Origin: Neisseriales bacterium
GTDB taxonomy: Bacteria; Pseudomonadota; Gammaproteobacteria; Burkholderiales; Q3-R57-64
Direction: 5' to 3'
Length of the DNA: 64,000 nt
Assembly (NCBI GenBank): GCA_016699915.1
Contig: CP064990.1
Span: 448,671 to 512,670 of the forward strand
In this document: positions 10,316 through 21,696 of the stretch, piece after piece
How the letters are laid out: each line of letters opens with the position of its first letter
Numbering within the stretch: the stretch's first letter is position 1
Notes under the pieces: generated by a model
Told to the model about the DNA's origin: nothing
Databases searched by the model: none
What the model saw: the letters and a program-made list of their open reading frames with translations, nothing else
Made by a program: the position numbers and the translations under genes

Positions 10316-11668
10316 ATGGCAGATACTAAATCAAACTGCACAGCCAAACTGGCATTAGGTAAGTTTTTTCTTATTCCTGAACGTGGCAGTTCAATCAAAC
10401 AAGAATTGATTGCAGGATTGACCACCTTTTTAGCTATGGTGTATTCCATTTTTGCAGTGCCTGGCATGCTTAAAATAGCTGGTTTTCCTGCTGAAGGCGT
10501 TTTTATAGCCGTATGCTTATTGTCAGCTTTTGGTTCTTTATTAATGGGTTTTTGGGCCAAGTTACCAATGGCTATTGGTTGCGCGATCTCATTAACTGCT
10601 TTTACAGCCTTTAGTTTTGTATTAGGTCAAAAAGTACCCGTTCCTGTCGCGTTGGGCGCTGTATTTTTGATGGGTATTATCTTTACCTTAATTACGGTAA
10701 CGGGTATCCGTGCATGGATACTTAAGAATTTACCGCTTGGTATTGCACATGGCACAGGCATTGGTATTGGCCTATTTTTATTGCTGATTGCTGCTAATAG
10801 CGTTGGTTTAGTTATTGAAAATCCAGAGCAAGCTGGTTTACCAGTAAAGTTAGGTGAATTCACTTCTTTTCCCGTTATCATGTCTTTATTAGGGTTAGCA
10901 GCCATTTTTGGATTGGCTAAACGCGGTTTTTCGGGAGGTATTTTGCTCGTTGTAGCCGTGATTTCGTTTATCGGCTTAATTATTGATCCGAATGTTGTTT
11001 ACACTGGATTTATGTCTTTTCCATCCTTTTCTCCTGAATCTTCCTTGATTGGAAAGCTTGACATCAGCGGGGCATTAGACATTGCTGTTTTACCTGTTGT
11101 GTTAGCGTTGGTCATGACAGCAATTTTTGATGCTACTGGAACGATTCGCGCAGTAGCTGGGCAAGCCGAATTGATCGGTAAAGATGGTCAGATTATTAAC
11201 GGTGGTAAAGCTCTAACCTCTGACTCAATCAGCAGTATTTTTGCAGGTTTGATCGGTGCATCGCCTGCGGCAGTTTATATTGAATCGGCTGCTGGTACCG
11301 CAGCAGGGGGAAAAACAGGTCTAACGGCTGTTGTAGTGGGTTTACTTTTCTTATTAATGTTATTTTTTTCACCACTTGCCAATTTGGTACCAACCTATGC
11401 AACGGCGCCAGCTTTAATGTATGTTGGTTTACTGATGTTAAGCAATGTGAGTAAGCTTGATATGCAAGATTTTGTTGACGCTTTATCGGGTTTGGTGTGC
11501 GCTGTATTTATTGTCCTTACTTGTAACATTGTCACTGGCATTATGCTGGGTTTTGCGTCGTTGATTGTTGGACGCGTTGTTTCTGGAGAGTTTAATAAAC
11601 TCAATATTGGCACGGTGATTATTGCAGGTATACTCGTTGCTTTTTATGCGGGTGGCTGGGCCATTTAA
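10316..11668 (+). CDS. ghxQ: Guanine/hypoxanthine permease, NCS2/AzgA family
   Basis: 450-aa polytopic membrane protein. [32 protein letters not shown] and [18 protein letters not shown] motifs of the AzgA-like purine permeases. Its position after guaD mirrors E. coli ygfQ/ghxQ. Confidence 0.75.
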   Translation: MADTKSNCTAKLALGKFFLIPERGSSIKQELIAGLTTFLAMVYSIFAVPGMLKIAGFPAEGVFIAVCLLSAFGSLLMGFWAKLPMAIGCAISLTAFTAFSFVLGQKVPVPVALGAVFLMGIIFTLITVTGIRAWILKNLPLGIAHGTGIGIGLFLLLIAANSVGLVIENPEQAGLPVKLGEFTSFPVIMSLLGLAAIFGLAKRGFSGGILLVVAVISFIGLIIDPNVVYTGFMSFPSFSPESSLIGKLDISGALDIAVLPVVLALVMTAIFDATGTIRAVAGQAELIGKDGQIINGGKALTSDSISSIFAGLIGASPAAVYIESAAGTAAGGKTGLTAVVVGLLFLLMLFFSPLANLVPTYATAPALMYVGLLMLSNVSKLDMQDFVDALSGLVCAVFIVLTCNIVTGIMLGFASLIVGRVVSGEFNKLNIGTVIIAGILVAFYAGGWAI

Positions 11669-11696
11669 GTTTTAGTTGAGAAAAAAGCAACAGGAT

Positions 11697-11738
11697 AAAC
11701 GCACCATGCCTCGTTGGTGAGGAATGGTGCGTTTTTTT
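11697..11738 (+). terminator. Rho-independent terminator after the purine permease gene
   Basis: AAACGCACCAT ... ATGGTGCGTTT inverted repeat (with an inner CCTC/GAGG pairing) followed by a T7 run at 11732-11738. Confidence 0.7.
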
Positions 11739-11773
11739 AGCATCTTATTTATTCTATTTAAAAAAAACTTTGA

Positions 11774-12556
11774 GTGATGTTACTATATCAAATAACATTA
11801 AGAAAGTTATGCATTAGGTTGAGCTATTGCTTTTTATTATGTCTACCGCTATTTGCCAGAGCAGAAATTTTACAAATTGCTGTTGCTGCTAATGTGCAAG
11901 AACCATTCGAAGAAATCGCAAAAATTTTTCAAATTAAAACTGGTATCGAAGTTAAATATACTATCGGATCTACTGGAAAATTTGTTGCACAGATTATACA
12001 TGGCGCTCCTTTTGATCTTCTTTTATCGGCAGACATGGAATACTTGGCAAAATTGCATCAAATGCATTTGACCGCATCAACTCCCAAATCTTATGCTAGT
12101 GCACGATTGATATTATGGACAACACATACGTTTGATTTAAAAAACTGGGTTAATTTATTGCAATCCAATCAAATAAAGCGCATCGCAATAGCGCACCCTG
12201 ACTTTGCTCCATTTGGCAAAATAGCATTAAAAGTATTGCAAGCGTGTCACCTGATAAATAAAATCGAGCACAAACTCGTCTATGGTAACAGTGTTGCACA
12301 AACGAACCAATATATCGCAACAGGTCACGCCGATCTTGGTTTTACTGCACAATCCATTATCTTTACTCAAGCATTTGCTAAAGCTGGAAAGTGGATTTTT
12401 ATTCCGCAGCATCTCTATCCATCCATTAAGCAGGGAGTTGTTATTATCAAATCCACACGTCATCTTGCTGCTGCTAGAAAGTTTATTGAATTATTAAATA
12501 GCTCAACTGCACATGCTATTTTTAAGCGCTACGGTTATAGGCTACATAACAACTAG
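11774..12556 (+). CDS. modA: Molybdate ABC transporter periplasmic binding protein
   Basis: 260 aa. Signal peptide ending LFARA/EIL. GSTGKF, LSADMEY and APFG motifs of ModA. Followed by modB and modC. The exact start is uncertain (GTG 11774 or ATG 11777). Confidence 0.8.
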   Translation: MMLLYQITLRKLCIRLSYCFLLCLPLFARAEILQIAVAANVQEPFEEIAKIFQIKTGIEVKYTIGSTGKFVAQIIHGAPFDLLLSADMEYLAKLHQMHLTASTPKSYASARLILWTTHTFDLKNWVNLLQSNQIKRIAIAHPDFAPFGKIALKVLQACHLINKIEHKLVYGNSVAQTNQYIATGHADLGFTAQSIIFTQAFAKAGKWIFIPQHLYPSIKQGVVIIKSTRHLAAARKFIELLNSSTAHAIFKRYGYRLHNN

Positions 12557-12576
12557 CAATCAGAAAGGCAAACATC

Positions 12577-13254
12577 ATGGATTTTACTTCAATAAATTGG
12601 CAGCCTTTTTATTTGACTTCTAAATTGGCATTAGCAACAACTTTATCCTTGCTTCCAATAGGGATTATCTTAGCTAAATGGATGATTCATTCCCGTTTAT
12701 CGATTTTGTTAGAGACTATAGTAAACTTGCCACTGATTTTACCGCCTTCTGTTCTTGGTTTTTATACGTTACTGGCAATGAGTCCGCATCTGGCGTTTGG
12801 TAAGTGGTTACTTGAAAAATGCGATATTCAGCTTTTATTTACCTTTAAAGGCCTTATCATCGGTTCAATTTTGTATAGCCTTCCTTTTATGGTGCAACCG
12901 ATTCGTGTTGCTTATACAGCCATCCCAAAGAATTTGTTAGAAGCTTCTAAAACTTTTGGTAAGTCGGCATGGAAAACTTTTTGGTGCATTGAGATACCTT
13001 TAATTCGCTCTGGATTACTTGTTGGATTAGTCATGGCTTTTGCGCATACTGTAGGCGAATTTGGTTTAGTTTTGATGATTGGGGGAGGTATTCCTGGGAT
13101 TACTAATGTTGTTTCTATTGCGATTTACCATGAAGTAGAAATGAATCACTATGCTCAAGCCAATCTTTATGCATTAATTTTAGTTGTTTTTAGTTTTTCA
13201 ATTTTATTTACTTTAAATTTATTCAACCGTCGCTATCAATTTTTTAATTCATGA
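12577..13254 (+). CDS. modB: Molybdate ABC transporter permease
   Basis: 225 aa. Contains the EAS..G-type permease loop (LLEASKTFGKSAWKTFWCIEIPL) and multiple TM segments. Confidence 0.85.
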   Translation: MDFTSINWQPFYLTSKLALATTLSLLPIGIILAKWMIHSRLSILLETIVNLPLILPPSVLGFYTLLAMSPHLAFGKWLLEKCDIQLLFTFKGLIIGSILYSLPFMVQPIRVAYTAIPKNLLEASKTFGKSAWKTFWCIEIPLIRSGLLVGLVMAFAHTVGEFGLVLMIGGGIPGITNVVSIAIYHEVEMNHYAQANLYALILVVFSFSILFTLNLFNRRYQFFNS

Positions 13255-14093
13255 TTCATTTTAATTTTTCATTTGCTTACCATGATGCCACATTTAAGAT
13301 GAGTGGTCATATTCACGCAAAAGAGTTGATTGGATTATCTGGTCCTTCTGGTGCCGGAAAATCAACCTTATTACGCCTATTAGCTGGTCTAGAAAGAGCA
13401 TATGATGGTCGGTTAGTGGTTGATGACGTAATCTGGTTTGATGCTAAACAACAAATATGGTTACCTCCTCAAAAGCGTCCGATTGGTCTTATTTTCCAAG
13501 ATGGAGCTTTATTTCCTCATATGACAGTTAAAGAGCAAATTTTCTACGCAGGTAATTCAATAGATACAAAATGGATTGATGAGCTGATCAGATTAACTGG
13601 TCTAACTAAGTTAGTATATCGCTATGCACATGAGTTATCGGGAGGTCAGAAACAGCGTGTAGCTTTAGCGCGAGCATTAGCTCGAAAACCAAAATTGCTA
13701 CTATTAGATGAACCACTCAGCGCTCTTGATCAAGGCGCAAAGGAAAAATTGCAAGCTTTATTGCAGCGCGCTCACGAAAAATATCTGACTTATACGATTC
13801 TTGTATCGCATGATATCGCAGAGCTATTATCTTTAAGTCACCGCGTCTTTAAATGTGAAAAAGGACGAATTATCCAGTGTGGTATTCCATACCAAATACT
13901 TTTACCCAATACTTCCCAAGCTCTATCAGCACAGGTTCTGGACAAATGCTATGTCAATCATCAATGGACATTAACTTTGCGAATTGAGCAAACAATATTC
14001 AATATCAAGGTATCAGCAAAAAAAGCCAAAGCCTTACAAAAAAACCAAGTTATTCAGCTGCATCCAAAAACATTTAAAGTGATCATTAATTAA
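13251..14093 (+). CDS. modC: Molybdate ABC transporter ATPase
   Basis: 280 aa. Walker A GPSGAGKST, signature LSGGQKQRVALARAL, Walker B LLLLDEP. The ATG overlaps the modB stop (ATGA). It is shorter than E. coli ModC (about 352 aa), so the C-terminal TOBE-like region is reduced. Confidence 0.75.
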   Translation: MIHFNFSFAYHDATFKMSGHIHAKELIGLSGPSGAGKSTLLRLLAGLERAYDGRLVVDDVIWFDAKQQIWLPPQKRPIGLIFQDGALFPHMTVKEQIFYAGNSIDTKWIDELIRLTGLTKLVYRYAHELSGGQKQRVALARALARKPKLLLLDEPLSALDQGAKEKLQALLQRAHEKYLTYTILVSHDIAELLSLSHRVFKCEKGRIIQCGIPYQILLPNTSQALSAQVLDKCYVNHQWTLTLRIEQTIFNIKVSAKKAKALQKNQVIQLHPKTFKVIIN

Positions 14094-14120
14094 GTCACGC
14101 TTTTTTTAGTGTTTGTGTTG

Positions 14121-16712
14121 TCAAGTTGCCGAAATATTCTCAAATATAAACTCGTCACTAATATAGTCGACCTTGATTGTACTATACGGCATATAGCTAT
14201 TTTCTAGAATAGCTTTTGCGATCGGATTTTCTATTCGATTTTGAATAGCGCGTCTAAGGGGTCGTGCGCCATATACAGTATCGAATCCTATTTTTGCAAT
14301 AGCCTTTATTGCCTTGTCTGTTATATTGAGTAGAAGATTCAGTTTTGATAAACGTTTTTCTAATCCACGCAATTGTATACGTGTGATTGCCTCTAACTGT
14401 GTAGCATTCAACGCATGAAAAACAACCATTTCATCAATACGATTGATGAATTCTGGCCTAAAATTTGTTTTAACTTCTTCTAATACTGCTGATTTGATGT
14501 CTTTATACGAGCTATGATTTATTTGCGAAATATGCTGGCTGCCAATATTAGAAGTCATCACAATAACCGTGTTTTTAAAATTTACTGTTCGTCCATGGCT
14601 ATCTGTTAATCGCCCTTCATCCAATACTTGTAGTAATAAATTGAACACATCTGGATGCGCTTTTTCGATTTCATCAAATAACACAACACTATAAGGTTGC
14701 CTTCTAATTTTTTCAGTAAGATATCCACCTTCTTCATAACCGACGTAACCAGGTGGTGCACCGATTAATTTTGCTACCGCATGTTTTTCCAAAAATTCTG
14801 ACATATCAATACGAATCAGATGGCTTTCTGAATCAAATAAGAAATTAGCCAGCGTTTTACATAGTTCTGTTTTACCAATACCAGTTGGCCCTAAAAATAA
14901 AAATGAGCCATAAGGTTTACTTGGGTCAGCAAGTCCTGCTCTAGATCGACGAATAGCATTGACGACCGCATTGATAGCTTCATCTTGTCCAACGATACGC
15001 TCGTGTAAAATAGCTTCCATATTTTGTAATTTGATTTTCTCTCCCTGCAATATTTTAGAGACAGGTATACCGCTAATACTCGATACGATTTCAGCTATTT
15101 CTTCTTCTCCAACCTCTGTACGCAACAAGCGATGTTGCAAAGTGGAACCAGTATCCATTTCCTGGATAGATTTTAAGCGTGCTTCAAGTTCTGGTAATTG
15201 TCCATATTGTATTTCGGCTAAAGCCTGCCAGTTTCCTTGTCGTTTGAGTGTTTCCATTTGCATTTGAAGTTTATCAATTTTTTCTTTGATTTGTTGGCTG
15301 CCTGCGATATCCTGCTTTTCTGCTTGCCATATTTTTTCTAATGCTTGATAGCCAGATTCATCTTTTACAATTTCTTCTTCGATAGCTGCCAATCGTTTTT
15401 TAGATAATTCATCAGGCTCTTTTTTCAACATTTCTCGTTCGATTTTCAGTTGGATTAAGCGCCGATCCAGTTTGTCCATCGCTTCTGGTTTGGAATCTAA
15501 TTCTATTTTAATACGGCTTGCCGCCTCATCAATTAGATCTATAGCCTTGTCTGGTAAATAGCGATCACTGATATAACGATTACTCAACTCTGCCGCCGCT
15601 ACAATCGCCGGATCAGTAATTTGAACACCATGGTGAATTTCATAACGTCCATGTAAGCCTCGTAAAATCGCAATTGTATCTTCCACGCTTGGTTCATTGA
15701 CTAAGATTTTTTGGAAACGTCGCTCCAATGCGGCATCTTTTTCGATACACTGACGATATTCATCTAATGTTGTTGCGCCAATACAATGCAATTCACCTCG
15801 TGAGAGAGCGGGTTTTAACATATTGCCAGCATCCATTGATCCTTCTGTCTTGCCAGCACCCACCAACATGTGAATTTCATCAATAAAAATTAATACATTA
15901 CTCCCACTACTGGAGAGCTCTTTGAGCACAGCCTTTAGGCGTTCTTCAAACTCACCTCTGTATTTAGCGCCAGCGACCAAGGATGCTAAATCAAGTACCA
16001 ATAGTTGTTTATTTTTAAGTGATTCAGGTACTTCTCCTTGCACAATACGTTGTGCAAGACCCTCAACAATTGCAGTTTTACCAACGCCGGGTTCTCCAAT
16101 GAGAACAGGATTATTCTTGGTGCGTCGTTGTAAAACTTGAATCGTACGACGTATCTCATCATCTCGCCCAATGACTGGATCAAGCTTGCCTTGCTTTGCG
16201 CGTTCTGTTAAATCCAACGTATATTTCTTCAGTGCTTCACGCTGAATTTCAGCATCTTGTTGAGTCACAGATTGTCCTTGTCGCATTGTTTGAATAGCTT
16301 TCTCAATATTATTTTTTTGTATACCAAATGATCTGAGTAAATCACTAATTGGCAAATGGCTATCTAATAAAACCAGTAAGAATAATTCACTTGCAATAAA
16401 ACTATCTTGCCAAAGTGCCGCTAATTTTTCAGTGAGATTTAATAGATTATTTAATTCACGGCTAAGCGTGATTTCGCCATCATGTTTAACTATTTTAGGA
16501 AAATGCCGTAGCGATTGGTCAAGTGCATTTTTTAATGCAGCCAAATCAATTTTATGTTCATAAATAAGCCTAAAAACAGTACCATTTTGGTCAGCAAGCA
16601 GAGCAAGTAGTAAATGCTCTGGCTCCACAACATTATGATCATGTGTCAGCGCAAGATGCTGCGCTTCCAAGAGCGCCTGCTGGAAAGTGTGAGTTAATTG
16701 ATCGAATCGCAT
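14121..16712 (-). CDS. clpB: Chaperone disaggregase ClpB
   Basis: 863 aa with two AAA+ modules ([18 protein letters not shown]), a long middle coiled-coil and an N-terminal Clp repeat. Confidence 0.95.
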   Translation of the reverse strand: MRFDQLTHTFQQALLEAQHLALTHDHNVVEPEHLLLALLADQNGTVFRLIYEHKIDLAALKNALDQSLRHFPKIVKHDGEITLSRELNNLLNLTEKLAALWQDSFIASELFLLVLLDSHLPISDLLRSFGIQKNNIEKAIQTMRQGQSVTQQDAEIQREALKKYTLDLTERAKQGKLDPVIGRDDEIRRTIQVLQRRTKNNPVLIGEPGVGKTAIVEGLAQRIVQGEVPESLKNKQLLVLDLASLVAGAKYRGEFEERLKAVLKELSSSGSNVLIFIDEIHMLVGAGKTEGSMDAGNMLKPALSRGELHCIGATTLDEYRQCIEKDAALERRFQKILVNEPSVEDTIAILRGLHGRYEIHHGVQITDPAIVAAAELSNRYISDRYLPDKAIDLIDEAASRIKIELDSKPEAMDKLDRRLIQLKIEREMLKKEPDELSKKRLAAIEEEIVKDESGYQALEKIWQAEKQDIAGSQQIKEKIDKLQMQMETLKRQGNWQALAEIQYGQLPELEARLKSIQEMDTGSTLQHRLLRTEVGEEEIAEIVSSISGIPVSKILQGEKIKLQNMEAILHERIVGQDEAINAVVNAIRRSRAGLADPSKPYGSFLFLGPTGIGKTELCKTLANFLFDSESHLIRIDMSEFLEKHAVAKLIGAPPGYVGYEEGGYLTEKIRRQPYSVVLFDEIEKAHPDVFNLLLQVLDEGRLTDSHGRTVNFKNTVIVMTSNIGSQHISQINHSSYKDIKSAVLEEVKTNFRPEFINRIDEMVVFHALNATQLEAITRIQLRGLEKRLSKLNLLLNITDKAIKAIAKIGFDTVYGARPLRRAIQNRIENPIAKAILENSYMPYSTIKVDYISDEFIFENISAT

Positions 16713-16751
16713 AGCGATCTACCTAAAAAATTACATAGTACCCTAACCTTA

Positions 16752-16780
16752 AATTTGGGTGCTATGAGATAATTTTCAAG
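16752..16780 (-). promoter_or_regulatory. Candidate sigma32 heat-shock promoter of clpB
   Basis: The minus strand reads CTTGAAA-N14-CCCAAATT, compared with the consensus CTTGAAA-N13-15-CCCCATNT. The -10 element lies about 40 nt upstream of the clpB ATG. Confidence 0.45.
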
Positions 16781-16853
16781 CGATATTTACAAGCAAAAAT
16801 CAGCAGATTTTAATCTTGTGCTATAGAGCTATGATGGCAAAAACGACTTCAGG

Positions 16854-18680
16854 CTAATGTTCGCTCGGATATACAATTGATATTTTGTCCCTTAACGCTC
16901 TAATATAAGCAGCAATTTGCGCGAAGCTAAAATTCTCCTCAAGTTGAGCGGAGAACTGTGCTTTTTCGGCTGGGGTCAATGTACTGGATTTAGTTTTGAC
17001 AGCGTCAATTCTTATAAGCCAATAGGCGTTTTGGTTTGTTTTAAAGCCAACATAGGTTGGTAATACTGTAACAGGTGTTGTAAAAATGCGACGAATAGCT
17101 GCTGGAGGAAGTATTTGTTCTGGCATACTAAGCGATGCAATCAAAGGTCCTTGCCATGCAAGGGGTATTTTTTGACCATGTTTTAAAGCACGAAGCGTTG
17201 ATTGAGCTTTATTCAAAGCAAGGCGACTTGCTTTTTGTTTAGTCAGTAACTGAATAATGGTAGGTGTTGCTTCTTTAAGCGTTAAAGTACGAGCAGGACG
17301 TTTTTCCTTGACTTGTAATACCAACAAGCTATCATCGTTTAATCGAATGACATCGCTGATTTTCTGGTGTTGATAAATGTTCGATTTAAAAATCTGCGCT
17401 AATACTTGAGGTTGACTCAAGTATGGATGCGTTGTTGTTTGGCTAGTCAGCCAGTCTGCATGTTGAACCGTACATTTTAGGGTTGCAGCAATTGTTGTCA
17501 AAGATTGGCCATCGTAGACCATTTTAGCCAATAATCGACCATTTTTTCTCATAGCCACCTTTTGTGCTTTTTCTTGTAATTGCGCAACGATAATGGGTTT
17601 AACGGTACTGAAGTTGTCTTTGCGAATAGCCTCAACTTTAATTAAATGATAACCGTACTGCGTTACAACAATATTGCTGACTTCGCCAATTTTTAGCGCA
17701 AAAGCCACTTCTTCAAAAGGTTTAACCGTCATACCACGACTAATTTCACCAATATTACCACCTTGCTCAGCAGAGCCAGTGTCTTGGGAGTATGCTTTAG
17801 CTAAAGTACTAAATTGAGAGGGGTTTAAGCGCAGCTGTTTTAATAAGGTCTGTATTTTTTGTTTTGCTTGAGTTTTTTCAGTATCGGTGCTCTGTACAGG
17901 CACTTGAATAAGAATATGTGAAATTTTTCGCTTTTCGAATTCAGCTTGATGAGTGTTATAGTAGGCTGCAACCTCTTTTGGGGATATAAAAGTATTTTTA
18001 TTGGGTGATACGGTAATAAAATCAACCTTTGCCGCTTCAGGTTGTTTAAAATTTTTCATGTTTTGTTGATAATAAAGACCAATTTCTTTTGACGTGATCT
18101 GTACTTGCTCTAAAAAAGCAGTGGGTTCAAATTTAGCAAGCTGTACAATGCGTTTTTGTGAAAATAAAGCAGAGAGCCATTCAACTTGTTGTTGAGCGAT
18201 AAATTGCCCTGCTAGAAACGGTGAAAGTTGTACCTGCACTAAAAACTGCTTCCTAACAGCAGCTTCAAATTCCTTCGCTGTTTCGCGACGGCTTTCCAGT
18301 AAATAGCGATAACGTAGCTGACTAAATTGCCCCGCCTCTTGTAGCTGAGGAATAGATAAAATAATTTTGGCAATTTGCTCATCATTGACCATGACATGCT
18401 GATCTTCTGCTTCAATCGCTAAGAGGTTATGGCCGATTAATTCATCAAGCACTTGTTGCTTGATTTGTGCTGTTACAGCAATATTACCGTTAGCTTTTAA
18501 ACGTTCTATTGCACGCGCAAAATCATTTGATGTAACCGTCAAATGCCCAACTTTTGCTAGATAGTTACCACCTTGGCTAGACCAACGATAGCTGCCAACA
18601 CCAAAACCAACAAAAGTCAAAGCAATGATTCCTAAGATCAAGCCAATGGTTAAGCGGTGTTTTTGGACAAAATCAAACAT
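16854..18680 (-). CDS. ppiD: Periplasmic chaperone/peptidyl-prolyl isomerase PpiD
   Basis: N-terminal TM anchor (LTIGLILGIIALTFVGFGV), a parvulin-like domain (ISHILIQV...GYHLIKVE) and conserved lon-hupB-ppiD synteny. I prefer ATG 18680 (MFDFVQKH) over the TTG at 18698 used by the ORF track. Confidence 0.85.
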   Translation of the reverse strand: MFDFVQKHRLTIGLILGIIALTFVGFGVGSYRWSSQGGNYLAKVGHLTVTSNDFARAIERLKANGNIAVTAQIKQQVLDELIGHNLLAIEAEDQHVMVNDEQIAKIILSIPQLQEAGQFSQLRYRYLLESRRETAKEFEAAVRKQFLVQVQLSPFLAGQFIAQQQVEWLSALFSQKRIVQLAKFEPTAFLEQVQITSKEIGLYYQQNMKNFKQPEAAKVDFITVSPNKNTFISPKEVAAYYNTHQAEFEKRKISHILIQVPVQSTDTEKTQAKQKIQTLLKQLRLNPSQFSTLAKAYSQDTGSAEQGGNIGEISRGMTVKPFEEVAFALKIGEVSNIVVTQYGYHLIKVEAIRKDNFSTVKPIIVAQLQEKAQKVAMRKNGRLLAKMVYDGQSLTTIAATLKCTVQHADWLTSQTTTHPYLSQPQVLAQIFKSNIYQHQKISDVIRLNDDSLLVLQVKEKRPARTLTLKEATPTIIQLLTKQKASRLALNKAQSTLRALKHGQKIPLAWQGPLIASLSMPEQILPPAAIRRIFTTPVTVLPTYVGFKTNQNAYWLIRIDAVKTKSSTLTPAEKAQFSAQLEENFSFAQIAAYIRALRDKISIVYPSEH

Positions 18681-18704
18681 GATGATCTTTCGTGGCAAAT
18701 AAAC

Positions 18705-18736
18705 AAAAAAGGCGAATCAAGCAATCCACCTTTTTT
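18705..18736 (-). terminator. Possible bidirectional A/T-flanked hairpin between hupB and ppiD
   Basis: AAAAAAGG(cg)...(ca)CCTTTTTT inverted repeat. The stem is weak and AT-rich. Confidence 0.3.
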
Positions 18737-18806
18737 GTTTTAATTTTGCTTATAAACAGCCACAATACAAATAAGATAGCTATCGTTTACTTTAGTCGTT
18801 AACAAA

Positions 18807-19076
18807 TTACAGCGCATCTTTCAAAGCTTTTCCTGCGCGAAATTTAGGAGAAAGTGAAGCTGGTATCTTGATAACTGCACCGGTTTTTGGGTTACGTCCA
18901 TTGCGCGCGGCACGCTTGCCTACGTAGAATGTACCAAATCCAATCAAAGTTACCGTGTCACCCTTATTTAAGGCTTTGGCAATAGCACCTAACGCACCAT
19001 TTAAAGCAAGACCTGCTGCAGCTTTAGAAAGTTTAGCGGATTTTGCTATGTCATCAATTAATTCAGATTTATTCAT
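18807..19076 (-). CDS. hupB: DNA-binding protein HU
   Basis: 89 aa. MNKSELID...GFGTF...RNPKTG...[11 protein letters not shown] is a canonical HU sequence. It lies downstream of lon, as hupB does in E. coli. Confidence 0.9.
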   Translation of the reverse strand: MNKSELIDDIAKSAKLSKAAAGLALNGALGAIAKALNKGDTVTLIGFGTFYVGKRAARNGRNPKTGAVIKIPASLSPKFRAGKALKDAL

Positions 19077-19171
19077 GTTAAACCCTACTCATGTAATAGT
19101 TGATAAACTCACTACAAAAACGACTATCCCACCAGTTTCTGCCGAATAAACCATTCCAGCAGTAAGGCTAC

Positions 19172-19201
19172 TTTATAGCAAGGAAAAAATCCCTCTGTCA
19201 A
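19172..19201 (-). promoter_or_regulatory. Candidate sigma70 promoter for hupB
   Basis: The minus strand reads TTGACA (19201-19196), an 18-nt spacer and TATAAA (19177-19172), about 96 nt upstream of the hupB ATG. Confidence 0.45.
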
Positions 19202-19254
19202 GCAATAAAGCGGATAAAACAGGTTTTATGCTATTTTTTATATGGTGTTAGCAA

Positions 19255-21696
19255 TCAGTGTGCAAGTTCAGCAGATGAAACTGAAGGCTCTGCTACAACA
19301 ATCGAAGCGGGTAGTATAAGGTCATTTATCTTGTCAGACAGAGTTTCTGGTAGCCTTTCCAAAGAAAGGGCAAAAACTTCATCAACCCATTTAACCGGCT
19401 TGATAATTAGTTTTTCCTGGATATTTTTGGGAGTTTCTGCCAAATTCTTCATATTACCTTGAGGGATCAATACATATTTGATCCCACCACGTAAAGCTGC
19501 GAGTAATTTTTCTTTCAGCCCGCCGATAGGTAATATTTCGCCACGTAAAGTAATTTCGCCTGTCATCGCAACGTCAGCTCGAACAGGAATATTGGTTAAA
19601 GTTGAGGCAATAGCTACCGCCATTGCAATCCCTGCACTTGGCCCATCTTTTGGGGTTGCGCCTTCTGGGACATGGATATGCATGTCTGTTTTTTCATAAA
19701 AATCAGACTGAATACCCAATTGTTTCACTCGGCTACGCACAACGCTCATTGCAGCGCTAATAGATTCTTGCATTACTTCACCTAGTTGCCCAGTACGAAT
19801 AATTTGACCTTTACCTGGCATCGCTGTTGATTCTATGGTAAGTAATTCGCCACCCGTTTTTGTCCATGCAAGACCTGTCACCAAACCAACGCGGTTATCT
19901 GTTTCTGCTATCCCAAAATCAAAACGATGTACTCCCAAAAATTTATCAAGATTTTTGCTTGTGATGACTTTGTGATACCAACTTCGTTGGTGAAGCTGTT
20001 GGTGAGTAACGGTTTTACGACAAATTTTAGCAATTTCTCGGTCTAGGTTACGAACACCAGCTTCTTGAGCGTAGTAGCGTATAATATCCCGAATCGTGTT
20101 TTTTTGAATCAGTAATTCATCTTTTTTAACGCCATTGGCTTCCATTTGCTTAGGAATCAAATATTTCATAGCAATGTTTATTTTTTCTTCTTCCGTATAA
20201 CCTGCTAAGCGAATAATTTCCATGCGATCCAATAGTGCAGATGGAATATTCAGCGAGTTCGCAGTGGCAACAAACATCACATCAGAAAGATCGTATTCCA
20301 CTTCAATATAGTGATCAATGAATGTATGATTTTGTTCCGGATCCAAGACTTCCAGCAAAGCCGACGCTGGATCACCTCGATACGAATCCATACCCATTTT
20401 ATCAACTTCATCAAAAAGGAAGAGCGGATTTTTAACTCCCGATTTAATAATATTTTGTAAAATTTTGCCAGGCATGGAACCAATATAGGTGCGCCGATGG
20501 CCTCTAATTTCCGCTTCATCACGAACGCCTCCTAATGCCATACGCGTAAATTTTCGATTCGTTGCCCTTGCAATAGATTGTCCTAATGAGGTCTTACCTA
20601 CACCCGGTGGGCCGACTAAACATAAGATAGGCGCTTTTAAATGATTGGTGCGACGTTGTACAGCAAGATATTCTAAAATCCGTTCTTTAACCTTTTCTAA
20701 ACCATAGTGGTCTTCTTCTAAGATTTTTTCAGCGTCCCGTATATCTTGACTTATTTTTGTTTTTTTCTTCCAAGGTAAACTTAACAACGTATCAAGATAA
20801 TTACGCACAACAGAGGCTTCAGCAGATAATGGTGACATAGAGCGCAATTTTTTAAATTCGGACAATGCTTTAGTTTGTGCTTCTTTAGACATACCAGATG
20901 TTTGAATTTGTTTTTCAATTTGCTCAAAATCACTTAATTCATCATTTTCTCCGAGCTCTTTTTGAATTGCCTTAACCTGCTCGTTGAGGTAGTATTCACG
21001 TTGGCTTTTTTCCATCTGTTTTTTAACGCGCCCACGAATGCGTCTTTCGGCCTGCAAAATATCAATTTCGCTTTCCATATGACGAAACAAACTCTCAAAT
21101 TGCTTTTCAAGACTCAATGTTTCTAAAATTTCCTGCTTTTGTTCAACCTTAATAGGCAATTGTGCTGCAATAGCATCTACCAAAGCATTAGCCGATTCGA
21201 TATCTTCCAGTGAATTAATAATTTCCGGTGGGATTTTTTTGTTTAACCTAACCAATTGCTCAAATTGATTCAATAGCGCCCTTCGCATTGGCTCCACTTC
21301 CTTGTTTTCTGCATCGCTCGTAACCAACTCTGTTACCTTGGCATGCCAATAATCTTCTTCATACAGCACATCAATTTTTGCTCGACAATGACCTTCCACT
21401 AATACTTTTGCTGTTCCATCAGGAAGTTTAAGGAGTTGCAATATTGTCGCAATAACGCCTATAGAATAAAGTTCACTAGGTGTTGGGTCTTCTTGAGAAG
21501 TGGTGCGTTGAGCGACTAATAGTATTTTTTTATCTGCTCCCATTGCCGCTTCAAGTGCCTTAACAGATCTTGCTCGCCCAATCAGCAGTGGAATAACCAT
21601 ATAGGGAAACACCACGACATTACGCAATGGTAGTAAAGGCAGCGTTATTTCTTTTGTTGAGGCTACTATCGTGTTATCTGAAATTTTATCTGTCAT
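19255..21696 (-). CDS. lon: ATP-dependent protease Lon
   Basis: LPLLPLRNVVVFPYMVIPL N-domain, Walker A GPPGVGKTS, and protease motif PKDGPSAGIAM. I prefer ATG 21696 (MTDKIS..., 813 aa); the longer ORF-track start (21804) would abut the clpX stop. Confidence 0.95.
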   Translation of the reverse strand: MTDKISDNTIVASTKEITLPLLPLRNVVVFPYMVIPLLIGRARSVKALEAAMGADKKILLVAQRTTSQEDPTPSELYSIGVIATILQLLKLPDGTAKVLVEGHCRAKIDVLYEEDYWHAKVTELVTSDAENKEVEPMRRALLNQFEQLVRLNKKIPPEIINSLEDIESANALVDAIAAQLPIKVEQKQEILETLSLEKQFESLFRHMESEIDILQAERRIRGRVKKQMEKSQREYYLNEQVKAIQKELGENDELSDFEQIEKQIQTSGMSKEAQTKALSEFKKLRSMSPLSAEASVVRNYLDTLLSLPWKKKTKISQDIRDAEKILEEDHYGLEKVKERILEYLAVQRRTNHLKAPILCLVGPPGVGKTSLGQSIARATNRKFTRMALGGVRDEAEIRGHRRTYIGSMPGKILQNIIKSGVKNPLFLFDEVDKMGMDSYRGDPASALLEVLDPEQNHTFIDHYIEVEYDLSDVMFVATANSLNIPSALLDRMEIIRLAGYTEEEKINIAMKYLIPKQMEANGVKKDELLIQKNTIRDIIRYYAQEAGVRNLDREIAKICRKTVTHQQLHQRSWYHKVITSKNLDKFLGVHRFDFGIAETDNRVGLVTGLAWTKTGGELLTIESTAMPGKGQIIRTGQLGEVMQESISAAMSVVRSRVKQLGIQSDFYEKTDMHIHVPEGATPKDGPSAGIAMAVAIASTLTNIPVRADVAMTGEITLRGEILPIGGLKEKLLAALRGGIKYVLIPQGNMKNLAETPKNIQEKLIIKPVKWVDEVFALSLERLPETLSDKINDLILPASIVVAEPSVSSAELAH

